This document shows, piece by piece, positions 44,684 through 52,630 of a stretch of DNA of 64,000 nt. Numbering within the stretch: the stretch's first letter is position 1; each line of letters begins with the position of its first letter. Origin of the DNA: Cinqassovirus ah1 (Duplodnaviria > Heunggongvirae > Uroviricota > Caudoviricetes > Straboviridae). A program made the translations under genes and the position numbers. Where the stretch lies: the IMG/VR virus record IMGVR_UViG_2974724611_000001, positions 12,650 through 76,649 of that record. One strand, given 5' to 3'. A model generated the notes under the pieces. The model searched no databases and was not told the DNA's origin. It was given only the letters and a program-made list of their open reading frames with translations.

Positions 44684-44785
44684 GACCCACTAACGATAGC
44701 TCTAAGAATGCCCCCATTCACCTAGCACAAACAATTAATTTAAGTTAAAAATTAGTGTAAAGAAAAGAGCTACCGTTAGTGGGTC
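44684..44785. repeat. 20-bp imperfect inverted repeat with a 62-nt spacer (large stem-loop)
   Basis: gacccactaacgatagctct (44684-44703) versus agagctaccgttagtgggtc (44766-44785): 19 of 20 positions are complementary. The left arm sits 11 nt upstream of the 44673 start. Confidence 0.55.
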
Positions 44786-44798
44786 CCGTCTCCCACTG

Positions 44799-45332
44799 TT
44801 AGTTCAGATAAGTCGTTGCAGTTGATACGCAATCAGCAACCATGGAACTCATGTCTTTGATATCAACGGCATAGCCACCAATCAAAGATGTGTCGTCTTG
44901 AACACCGATATAAACTTCTTTGGTAGCGTATTTTTCGACGCTTGCGGTTACACCGTTGGAAGATTTGTATTCGTGCTGATAAAATTGATCGTCAACAAGT
45001 TCAGAAACATCACCAGCGGCAACGAGTTTGATTTGACGCGCAAACTCAACGGCAGTATCTTTGCCCATCGCAGAGAACATAGGCATAACTGCTTGTTGTC
45101 CTTCGAGCATATACCCGATCATAACAACAGTGTTTGATTTCAGATTCACGCCGATGCCGAGTTGTTCTGGACCAGCTTCTCCTTGAAAATCGATAGTACA
45201 AACGTTGGCACTATGTTTTGTTGATAGTTGTGCTTGAACTTCGTCCATAGTCAGTTGGGTGAAGTTTTCAGCGGGAGAGGCATTCGCTACACAAGAGAAG
45301 CCGAGAAGCATTGCAAGTAATGTCTTTTTCAT
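44799..45332 (-). CDS. Secreted protein
   Basis: Signal peptide: MKKTLLAMLLGFSCVANA-SP. Confidence 0.55.
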   Translation of the reverse strand: MKKTLLAMLLGFSCVANASPAENFTQLTMDEVQAQLSTKHSANVCTIDFQGEAGPEQLGIGVNLKSNTVVMIGYMLEGQQAVMPMFSAMGKDTAVEFARQIKLVAAGDVSELVDDQFYQHEYKSSNGVTASVEKYATKEVYIGVQDDTSLIGGYAVDIKDMSSMVADCVSTATTYLN

Positions 45333-45352
45333 GATAATTCTCTTTAGTTAGG

Positions 45353-45673
45353 TTATTTGACTATGGTAATCTCTTTTGCCACATCAGTCAATGTATTTTT
45401 GAAATTTTTTGCGATTTCGAGTTCAGTTTCACCAAATACTTGGACGATTTGCCACATGTAAATGGTATCAAAATCGGAAGTCTCATGAGAATAAACACTT
45501 CTCAGAACTACCCAGTGATCCGAATATTTGTATTCAGGCGAACCCCACCTATGACTGATTCGTTGACGTTTAGTAGCAAACGCAACAGCATAAGCACCGC
45601 GAGGAACAGGACCTTGGTATGTGCTATCACTGATATCATATTGTTCATCCCTAAAATAATATTTCATAATCAT
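45353..45673 (-). CDS. Hypothetical protein
   Basis: 106-aa ORF. Confidence 0.5.
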   Translation of the reverse strand: MIMKYYFRDEQYDISDSTYQGPVPRGAYAVAFATKRQRISHRWGSPEYKYSDHWVVLRSVYSHETSDFDTIYMWQIVQVFGETELEIAKNFKNTLTDVAKEITIVK

Positions 45674-46131
45674 TCCTCAAATGTAAGAAGTGTGATAACT
45701 CGATCATCTTGGCGAATGATTCGAACGTCGTCGGGAGGATTTTTAACATATTCCCGAATCTCATTTTGTAGTCTATCGGTGAACATACCATGACGATTAG
45801 CCCAACGGATTTTCATCATATCACTATCAGTAGGACAATAATAGCCATATTCTAGTTTAATCTGTTCTTCATCAAACTTGTAGTTTCGAACTCGCTCCAT
45901 ATAACGAACGAGAAAATGATCCGACAGATTCAAGCATCCAACAGTTCGCCACGTATTATAACAAAAGTTATCTTTTATTCTTCCGTTAGCCCAGTCACCC
46001 GGCAAAACAGTTCGTTCCACGCTGTTCAGAATGCGGTGGCTTTCTGCGATACAATCATTAATTCGTTGAATTTCTTGATTGATTTTCAGAACTTTTGCCG
46101 GGCGTACCCTTCTCAGTCTACGCCCTTGCAT
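45670..46131 (-). CDS. Hypothetical protein
   Basis: 153-aa ORF. Confidence 0.5.
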   Translation of the reverse strand: MQGRRLRRVRPAKVLKINQEIQRINDCIAESHRILNSVERTVLPGDWANGRIKDNFCYNTWRTVGCLNLSDHFLVRYMERVRNYKFDEEQIKLEYGYYCPTDSDMMKIRWANRHGMFTDRLQNEIREYVKNPPDDVRIIRQDDRVITLLTFEE

Positions 46132-46133
46132 AC

Positions 46134-46745
46134 TTATTTCCCAATATAAAAGTCAATTGCTTTATGCGGGTCAAAAAAGATTTTAACTCCGGCATCCGAT
46201 ACATCACATTCATTGCCGTTGTCAGTTCTTTTAAAATAATGCCGAGTTTCGGTATGATCGCAATACCAAGTCTTACCGTCGATCTCTCGCGTTTCTCTAG
46301 TATTGTTACTATACACTTTATGATCCCTAATTTCAATAGGCATCTGTCTGATTTCGTTATGATAGAAAACCGCATATTTGAGTTCTACCGTTGAATCCAT
46401 ACGAAGCAAAACAGATTCATACTTGGTCAACTCCATGTTATTGAGTCGATTCGCGTATGCCATTGCCTCATGTTCGGTGTTAAACACACGATTGACATTA
46501 TACGGCTCATAATGAGCACCTTCCATGGTGATATTAAAATCACCGTAGAATATTTCTCGAAAGCTACCGGTTCCTGTTAGCTGAATTGTAGTCTTTCTGT
46601 CATGAATCGCAACAACTTTACCAGATACACACGACGCTACCAATCGATCATTCTTTTTCACAACAGAAATGGCATACAATGTCTTTTCATATTGGATTTG
46701 TGATTTCTTTGTAACTAACATGATGATTCCTCTTGTTTTTGACAA
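46134..46745 (-). CDS. Hypothetical protein
   Basis: 203-aa ORF. Confidence 0.5.
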   Translation of the reverse strand: MSKTRGIIMLVTKKSQIQYEKTLYAISVVKKNDRLVASCVSGKVVAIHDRKTTIQLTGTGSFREIFYGDFNITMEGAHYEPYNVNRVFNTEHEAMAYANRLNNMELTKYESVLLRMDSTVELKYAVFYHNEIRQMPIEIRDHKVYSNNTRETREIDGKTWYCDHTETRHYFKRTDNGNECDVSDAGVKIFFDPHKAIDFYIGK

Positions 46746-46777
46746 TAGGCACTCGTTGGAGTGCCCATCAGCAACAC

Positions 46778-47416
46778 TTAGATCAAATCAAACACGCTTA
46801 CAACTTTCTTGGCAAACACCGGAACTTCGGTAACACGGAGAGTTTTCATGATTTCACGAATGGTCTCTTCGGTAGCTGGTACCATTTTGCCGTTGTTTTC
46901 AACGTAGAACTCAGAAGCGTCGAAACCAGACGCTTGTGCGATCTTGGTTTCAATTTTGATATGTTCTACCGGTTTAACAGCGACCGGAGCAACGACTTCC
47001 ATTTTCACATTAGCCATAGGGAATTCATGACCGATATATGGGAAGCTCTTAGAGAACTCGATTGCGCCACCAGTGAAATTCTCTACTTTCGGAGTAAACG
47101 CACCACTACGAATGATATCCAGATTCATGACTTCGGTAATCTGAGTTTCACCCAAGTTGTTCAGAGTCTTTGACACAATGTAGCCAACAGAAACAGAAGA
47201 GTTCGGGCGACGAATAGCAAGACGGCGATAGCAGCCAGTTGAATCCATATACCACATCGCACCGATAGTATAAGTAGGATATACTTTGTCGATAGTGCCA
47301 GGAGTGTTACCTTTGGATTTACCCAGACCGGTAACTTTACCAAACACGCCAGCAAACTTACCAGCAGTTACCATAACCAGAGTGCCAACTTTGTGTTTGT
47401 GATTTACGTTTTGCAT
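46778..47416 (-). CDS. Hypothetical protein with a KOW-like N-terminus
   Basis: Start at MQNVNHKHKVGTLVMVTAGKFAGVFGKV behind a cassette. Confidence 0.5.
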   Translation of the reverse strand: MQNVNHKHKVGTLVMVTAGKFAGVFGKVTGLGKSKGNTPGTIDKVYPTYTIGAMWYMDSTGCYRRLAIRRPNSSVSVGYIVSKTLNNLGETQITEVMNLDIIRSGAFTPKVENFTGGAIEFSKSFPYIGHEFPMANVKMEVVAPVAVKPVEHIKIETKIAQASGFDASEFYVENNGKMVPATEETIREIMKTLRVTEVPVFAKKVVSVFDLI

Positions 47417-47490
47417 TTTTAATCTCTCAGTTTGTTTCGATGTGGATATATTAACAGGATGATTTTGTCTGTCAACTACTTTTTTCGACA
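47414..47490 (-). promoter_or_regulatory. Early promoter–leader cassette
   Basis: Minus strand: aaaagtaGTTGACagac...cctgTTAATATATCCACATCGAAACAAACTGAGAGATTAAAAATG. Confidence 0.45.
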
Positions 47491-47521
47491 ATGGACACTA
47501 ATTAAAGTGCCCATTAGCAAA

Positions 47522-47881
47522 TTACGCAGTAACGAAATCGGCGATGATACGCGGATTAGCAATGTGACCGCTCAGTTTCCAGATAGAAACGGTTTCTGTA
47601 GGATTCTTGATCTTGTGCTCACGCGCTACTTCCATAGCCTGCTTGTCGGTCATCGGACTCATAAACACGCTTTGACCGTCGGCTTTGGTGATCTGAACAA
47701 TAGAAGTCAGTTTACCTTGTTTGACACCAACACCAATATCACTCATGATTTGTTTGGCTTCGGTATCGCTAATCTCGTCCAGAGACTTGACACTCAGATA
47801 AACACGCTTGCCATCAATGCGCAGAACACCGGAACAAACACCATCACGCCAGGTATAGTCTTCCATCTTGCAACAGCGCAT
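47522..47881 (-). CDS. Hypothetical protein (start uncertain)
   Basis: 119-aa ORF. An upstream 32-codon ORF with a strong GAGGTG SD (ATG at 47942) overlaps it in the +1 frame. Confidence 0.4.
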   Translation of the reverse strand: MRCCKMEDYTWRDGVCSGVLRIDGKRVYLSVKSLDEISDTEAKQIMSDIGVGVKQGKLTSIVQITKADGQSVFMSPMTDKQAMEVAREHKIKNPTETVSIWKLSGHIANPRIIADFVTA

Positions 47882-48102
47882 GATGTTTAGATTTTACGTT
47901 GTTAACACGTACCATACCACGATAAGAAGTTTTTACAGTCATTTTTCACCTCAGATAAATTTAAATGTTTTGAATTCTTCTTGACTCAGTTGCACTACCA
48001 TATCTTTTTCGATACAGAGATTTGAATACAGGTCCAGTTTATCAGCTTTCACCAGTATGTCAATGATTTTATCGAACTTTTCTTTTGCCAAACGAATAGT
48101 CA

Positions 48103-48366
48103 TTACATGTCCTCCAGAATAACAATCTCGCGGTCTTTCGGGTTTGCGTCATAGTCAAAGAAAGACATTTTACCGTCTTTACGAACAGTCAGATAACCCA
48201 GATGATTATCAACTTGCTCGATTGTGTAGCCGTTTTCTTTCAGGAACATCACCACTTCTTGGTGCGCGTGAGTGCGACCACAACCAGTCCAGTCAATCAC
48301 AGCAGCTTTGGCACCAGAGTTAGTAGAAACAAACAGAGCGTTGCGAATGTTATTCGGATTAAACAT
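48103..48366 (-). CDS. Hypothetical protein
   Basis: 87-aa ORF behind a cassette. Confidence 0.5.
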   Translation of the reverse strand: MFNPNNIRNALFVSTNSGAKAAVIDWTGCGRTHAHQEVVMFLKENGYTIEQVDNHLGYLTVRKDGKMSFFDYDANPKDREIVILEDM

Positions 48367-48440
48367 GACGATTTTCTCTCGTTGTTGTCTTGATGTGGCT
48401 CATTATACAGTAACAAGCCACACAGTCAATCACTTTTTGG
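48364..48440 (-). promoter_or_regulatory. Early promoter–leader cassette with a hairpin
   Basis: Minus strand: aaaagtgaTTGACTgTGTGGCTtgttactgtataatgAGCCACATCAAGACAACAACGAGAGAAAATCGTCATG. Confidence 0.45.
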
Positions 48441-48843
48441 AAGATTTCACGAGTTTTGGATTATAGTGCCAAGAGTTGATTTTCTTGCCGTTAAGCACGT
48501 AATTGCCAAACTCGATGCCATGAGTTTCCAACATATACTTGATATTTGCATCTGTTTGTTTGAACACTTCTCGGACATTGCGCTCCCAAGTCTCAATCCA
48601 GCGAGTTTTCGAAGTCTCGTTGGTCTTGTCGTCCTTGCGATCAAACATGTCCAGATATTCGTTAAACTTAGAGTTCGACCGAAGTTGATCTACCATGTCG
48701 TTGTTGCTGAATTTCAGAAACGGAATCCGTTTGATTTCGCAAATAGCATACAGTTCAACGGCAGCTTTTACGCTCATTTTATTTTTCATTTCGAAGTCTC
48801 CACAAGAACTTTCATACCGGCTGGAACAGTAACTACCAGGCAA
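48430..48843 (-). CDS. Hypothetical protein
   Basis: 137-aa ORF. Confidence 0.45.
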   Translation of the reverse strand: MPGSYCSSRYESSCGDFEMKNKMSVKAAVELYAICEIKRIPFLKFSNNDMVDQLRSNSKFNEYLDMFDRKDDKTNETSKTRWIETWERNVREVFKQTDANIKYMLETHGIEFGNYVLNGKKINSWHYNPKLVKSSKK

Positions 48844-49265
48844 TCACGATACATACGGGTTGTCGGCAAAGACATTTCTTCCTTATCGAACAGTTTGGAC
48901 AAGTCATTCTGTTTTGACTCCTGTTTCATGGTCCAAGCTTCACCGTCGTGGAAAATTCCTTGTTTGTTGAATTTTATCTTCGATGTGGCAGGACGCAGCA
49001 ACTCACGAACTATTGATTTCCAACGAGGACGACGGTCAACTTGATTAGGATTTTTTGGATTTGGACCAGTGATTAACATCAGGTCAGGACACCGATTAAG
49101 TGCATCAACGAACACCGGGTCTCGCTCAAGTACACCATACATCATTGTTGGAGTAACCCTTTTAGTTTTTACCAATGACAGAAATACAGTCATAATATAG
49201 GTCTTGATTTCATTCCGCACATCACTGGAAACAGTTGGATGTCGATTTTTTAAAACTTGTGTCAT
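48786..49265 (-). CDS. Hypothetical protein
   Basis: 159-aa ORF. Confidence 0.5.
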   Translation of the reverse strand: MTQVLKNRHPTVSSDVRNEIKTYIMTVFLSLVKTKRVTPTMMYGVLERDPVFVDALNRCPDLMLITGPNPKNPNQVDRRPRWKSIVRELLRPATSKIKFNKQGIFHDGEAWTMKQESKQNDLSKLFDKEEMSLPTTRMYRDCLVVTVPAGMKVLVETSK

Positions 49266-49267
49266 TA

Positions 49268-49417
49268 TTAACCTCTTACGTTTTTAATTACAGATGAACC
49301 GATATCAGCGATTGTGCCAATCACGGCGATAAGTAGAATGATTATTCCAACACAGAAACCCAGGAGTGTCAATGCAATATATGCCCAGTTTTCCATAATC
49401 CAGTGAACAATTGACAT
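49268..49417 (-). CDS. Small membrane protein (49 aa)
   Basis: MSIVHWIMENWAYIALTLLGFCVGIIILLIAVIGTIADIGSSVIKNVRG. Its TAATAATG overlaps the next gene start. Confidence 0.35.
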   Translation of the reverse strand: MSIVHWIMENWAYIALTLLGFCVGIIILLIAVIGTIADIGSSVIKNVRG

Positions 49418-49424
49418 AAAAGAA

Positions 49425-49766
49425 TCAAGCATTCAAATGCTCCTTCAAAACTCGAATATGTTCAGGACTAAGTCCACGAAGACTCTTCTTAACTTCTTCC
49501 AGTAGATTATGATCTCGATTTGCGCTTTCGTCAACAACAACCTTATAAGATTCACCAAAAGATTTTGTAACTTTCACTCCGTTAGCTTCTTTCATATGAT
49601 CCGCATTGAGGATCTCTACCGGTTGAAAAGTATAGGTGTAATACGGATTCTTTCCCTGCAATAACAGAAGACTTACAATCCGCTTGATCTCTCCGCTATA
49701 AACACCAAGCTGACGAACGGAGCGACCTTCACAATCGCCCTCAGTTGAAACACGATACGTTGCCAT
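49425..49766 (-). CDS. Hypothetical protein
   Basis: 113-aa ORF. Confidence 0.5.
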   Translation of the reverse strand: MATYRVSTEGDCEGRSVRQLGVYSGEIKRIVSLLLLQGKNPYYTYTFQPVEILNADHMKEANGVKVTKSFGESYKVVVDESANRDHNLLEEVKKSLRGLSPEHIRVLKEHLNA

Positions 49767-49775
49767 GATAACTCC

Positions 49776-49973
49776 TTAGATTTTGAATTTCACACATTCC
49801 GACCCGTGAATCACAATCACAGTTTGACGACGACGCCAGAATTGGTACCATTTCACCTTAGCATACTCGGCCATTTGCATTACCTCTTCAACTGACGCGG
49901 AAGTAACGGAAATTTCACCGTTTGGCAGAGTCATCATAACTTGATCATTCACGATTTGCAGATTCATAATCAT
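49776..49973 (-). CDS. Hypothetical protein
   Basis: 65-aa ORF. Confidence 0.45.
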   Translation of the reverse strand: MIMNLQIVNDQVMMTLPNGEISVTSASVEEVMQMAEYAKVKWYQFWRRRQTVIVIHGSECVKFKI

Positions 49974-49977
49974 TTCC

Positions 49978-50064
49978 TCAATTAAGTTGATTCAGAGCAC
50001 TTGACAGGGCTTCGGCATACGCTATTGCAAATCCCATCATCATTATAAAGAATGCGACTTTCAT
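49978..50064 (-). CDS. 28-aa hydrophobic peptide with its own promoter cassette
   Basis: MKVAFFIMMMGFAIAYAEALSSALNQLN. A full cassette lies upstream at 50065-50125 (TTGACA...catatcagg; hairpin CGTGGACAT/ATGTCCACG). Confidence 0.4.
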   Translation of the reverse strand: MKVAFFIMMMGFAIAYAEALSSALNQLN

Positions 50065-50066
50065 TT

Positions 50067-50125
50067 TGTTTGTCCGATTTCGTCTTGACGTGGACATCAT
50101 ATCAGGATGTCCACGAGTGTCAATC
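50067..50125 (-). promoter_or_regulatory. Early promoter–leader cassette with a 9-bp-arm hairpin
   Basis: Minus strand: tattTGATTGACActCGTGGACATcctgatatgATGTCCACGtcaagacgaaatcggacaaacaaaATG. Confidence 0.45.
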
Positions 50126-50624
50126 AAATATCGAAAAGATTTTCTAAAGAATTTTGCTTTACTATGCCACGAGCTTCTAACAGCCAGTCTGGATATTTTC
50201 TACCCTCGCTGATATCAGTGTGATCGATTGTGTTACAATACGCAATGTTATTCAGCGCAATATCTCGGATTTCATCTGTCTGCCAATCACTGGTTAGATT
50301 GAGTTCAGCTAATAACGCTCCAATTCGAGCTATAATCGCTTCCCAGTTATCTCGCATATACTCACAAGCATAAACATCGGAAACAGCTTGGATCGCGTTG
50401 GACCGAGTTACGCCGGCTTTCTTGATCTTACGCTCGATAACTCTAACAACAAAATTACCGTCGCCAGCAGCAGGCTCAAACATGGTAACGCCGAGATTAT
50501 CCACGTCCGATACCATATCAATCATATGATCAACGATATGAATAGGAGTAAAAACTTCGTCGGTTTTCTTTTGTCGATCACGACTGATTGGACCAGTAAA
50601 CGTTCTCGCATCATCTTTTATCAT
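50124..50624 (-). CDS. N6-adenine methyltransferase C-terminal half (motif X/I module), separate ORF
   Basis: Start at MIKDD with a GGAGA SD. DRQKKTDEVFTPIHIV...MFEPAAGDGNF...VYACEYM...IAYCNT...GRKYPDWL is collinear with residues ~285-410 of the 37230-38477 methyltransferase. Confidence 0.6.
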   Translation of the reverse strand: MIKDDARTFTGPISRDRQKKTDEVFTPIHIVDHMIDMVSDVDNLGVTMFEPAAGDGNFVVRVIERKIKKAGVTRSNAIQAVSDVYACEYMRDNWEAIIARIGALLAELNLTSDWQTDEIRDIALNNIAYCNTIDHTDISEGRKYPDWLLEARGIVKQNSLENLFDI

Positions 50625-50636
50625 AATTATCTCCAA

Positions 50637-50662
50637 AGAAAAAGGGGCCGCAGCCCCTTTAT
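50637..50662 (-). terminator. Bidirectional hairpin terminator separating the two methyltransferase halves
   Basis: AAAGGGGC-UGCG-GCCCCUUUUUCUUUGGAGA. The GGAGA SD of the next ORF follows immediately. Confidence 0.5.
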
Positions 50663-50663
50663 A

Positions 50664-52301
50664 TTATCGTACCAATTCAGCAAAATCAACCGGAATTGCA
50701 TTTCTTTGTTCTTCGGTGATGCCAAAATGGTTGAACAACTTTTCATCGTCCCAAGACTGGGTGAAATCAAGCCACGGAATGGATTTCAACTCACCTCGGT
50801 GTAGATTTCCGTTCATTTTCAGCGTTGCCAGACACGAGCGAAAAAAGAGTGTTTTGGTATACGATAGGAAATTGTCTGCCTCTTCCTTGGTAGAAAATTC
50901 CCAAGATAACCAGCTATTGTTAGTCAGTCTTGAATCCGATACTACCGCATTTGTAAATCGTTTCCATAGAGTACATACGAACCATTTTCCATTTTTGTAT
51001 TCCGGTTCGTTATCTCCATTCATATACTTATGATCATCAACGCTATCCGCGAACGTGATATTATAAAATGGAAGAAGCCATTCGCCGTACATGTTTACTT
51101 GATCTATCGTTTCGGCTGTGTATTTTCCATGTTTTGCAATAACTCGAACGCGATCCAACTTCGTGAGCTTATTGATATAGGTAATTCCAACCGGAGACGA
51201 AATATCAGCAGAGAAACAATCAAATCCGATATATTCCCATGAGCAGTCATATTTGGAAACATATGTTAGAAATGCCTTGGCATCATTAGAACGACGAACT
51301 TCCTTTCTGTTTGTGATTGTGCTACACGGATGAATAGCAACAACGCGATCTGCCACTTCTAAGCCTATATTCACAAACTTGAGATCTTCCGCAAAAGGAG
51401 GATTCTGCAAGCATACATCAAATTTCATTTTTGCTCCCAGTTTATCTTTGTTTTTCATCGCATCTGTAGAAATTGCTCCAACCAACATAGAACGCATTTC
51501 TTTTGCCTTCTTATCAGAAGAAGTTGCCAGAGTAATCTTTGCTGGATTATATCCCATTTTAACTAGAGTATAAACAAACTCCACAGCTTCGACAACAAGG
51601 ACAGACGGCTGCATATACTTACAAAGATCCGCATAGGAGATCATCTTGTGTGCAGTTTCGAAGTCCATGACATAAGGCTGATTGGATTTCGCGCTATCGA
51701 CATAAGTCAAATCCTTGATCCGAACTTCGGAGTTATACCAATCGCGCAATCCGATCATTTCGATGGCATAGTGATTCATGTAAACGGGCTTTTCAATGAC
51801 GCTTACACTGGCAACCGGAGCAGGAGCGATCATGTTTTCGATAAGAAAAACGATACGCTTCATTTTTACGATGATAAAGTTGGAAACAATTTTGTTCATT
51901 TGTTCCGGACTAACATTATAGTCGAATGCGTCTTTTACCATGCTTTCAGGAACAGCTACTTCGAACCACTCGGTGCTATTCTTTTCTTTGCGGTCCACGC
52001 GAACAAAACCACAGTGTTCCATCATCAGGTGAAGTTGGTGATCGGTATTGACGGAAGAATTGGACAGTGACATTTTCCAAGCTTCCACGCAATCTTCGCT
52101 AACTGCGGTAGTCTTAGTTTGTCCTTTTACACGAAGGGAAGTATCTTCGTGTTTGGTTTCACCAACTTTGAACTTGATTTTACGCTCGGCTCGAATCATG
52201 TTCCGCACTTCGTTCGGATAGAAATATGCGTACACGTTCTTGCTTTTGTTGGTGCAGTTTTCGCCCAGGGTTTTCAGCTTAGTGATCAGTTCGTTTTTCA
52301 T
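50664..52301 (-). CDS. Methyltransferase N-terminal half (motif IV NPPF / TRD module), fused to a ~290-aa novel N-terminal domain
   Basis: Start set at MKNELITKLKTLGENC, directly behind the cassette SD GAGGAATACATCATG. Residues ~295-545 (FDVCLQNPPFAEDL...HPCSTITNRK...) align with residues 1-280 of the intact paralog. Residues 1-290 have no recognisable match. Confidence 0.6.
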   Translation of the reverse strand: MKNELITKLKTLGENCTNKSKNVYAYFYPNEVRNMIRAERKIKFKVGETKHEDTSLRVKGQTKTTAVSEDCVEAWKMSLSNSSVNTDHQLHLMMEHCGFVRVDRKEKNSTEWFEVAVPESMVKDAFDYNVSPEQMNKIVSNFIIVKMKRIVFLIENMIAPAPVASVSVIEKPVYMNHYAIEMIGLRDWYNSEVRIKDLTYVDSAKSNQPYVMDFETAHKMISYADLCKYMQPSVLVVEAVEFVYTLVKMGYNPAKITLATSSDKKAKEMRSMLVGAISTDAMKNKDKLGAKMKFDVCLQNPPFAEDLKFVNIGLEVADRVVAIHPCSTITNRKEVRRSNDAKAFLTYVSKYDCSWEYIGFDCFSADISSPVGITYINKLTKLDRVRVIAKHGKYTAETIDQVNMYGEWLLPFYNITFADSVDDHKYMNGDNEPEYKNGKWFVCTLWKRFTNAVVSDSRLTNNSWLSWEFSTKEEADNFLSYTKTLFFRSCLATLKMNGNLHRGELKSIPWLDFTQSWDDEKLFNHFGITEEQRNAIPVDFAELVR

Positions 52302-52385
52302 GATGTATTCCTCAGTGTTTTGTTTCGATGTGGAACATAATAACAGAATTGGATTACTGTGCAAGCACTTTCTGGAACTTTTTAT
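52299..52385 (-). promoter_or_regulatory. Promoter–leader cassette (TGCTTGC variant)
   Basis: Minus strand: ccagaaaGTGCTTGCACagtaatccaattctgTTATTATGTTCCACATCGAAACAAAACACTGAGGAATACATCATG. Confidence 0.45.
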
Positions 52386-52408
52386 ATAAAAATCCCGACG
52401 AAGCGGGA

Positions 52409-52630
52409 TCAGTCTTTCTTGGATGCCAACATTGCTGCCATCAGCATGTCGTGGCGTTTTTGTTCTTCTTTCTCTTTGCGTAGATTCGGCAGAATCAGTA
52501 ACAGAATGATAGAGAAAAGAGGAGTCAGAAAAATGGTGATGATTAACCAACCCAGAACAGAACGCCAGCGAGAGTTTGCCAATACCAAAGTTACGATCAG
52601 AAATACAAGCCAGCCAATTGCGATTGTCAT
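52409..52630 (-). CDS. Small membrane protein
   Basis: 73 aa with two TM helices. Confidence 0.45.
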   Translation of the reverse strand: MTIAIGWLVFLIVTLVLANSRWRSVLGWLIITIFLTPLFSIILLLILPNLRKEKEEQKRHDMLMAAMLASKKD

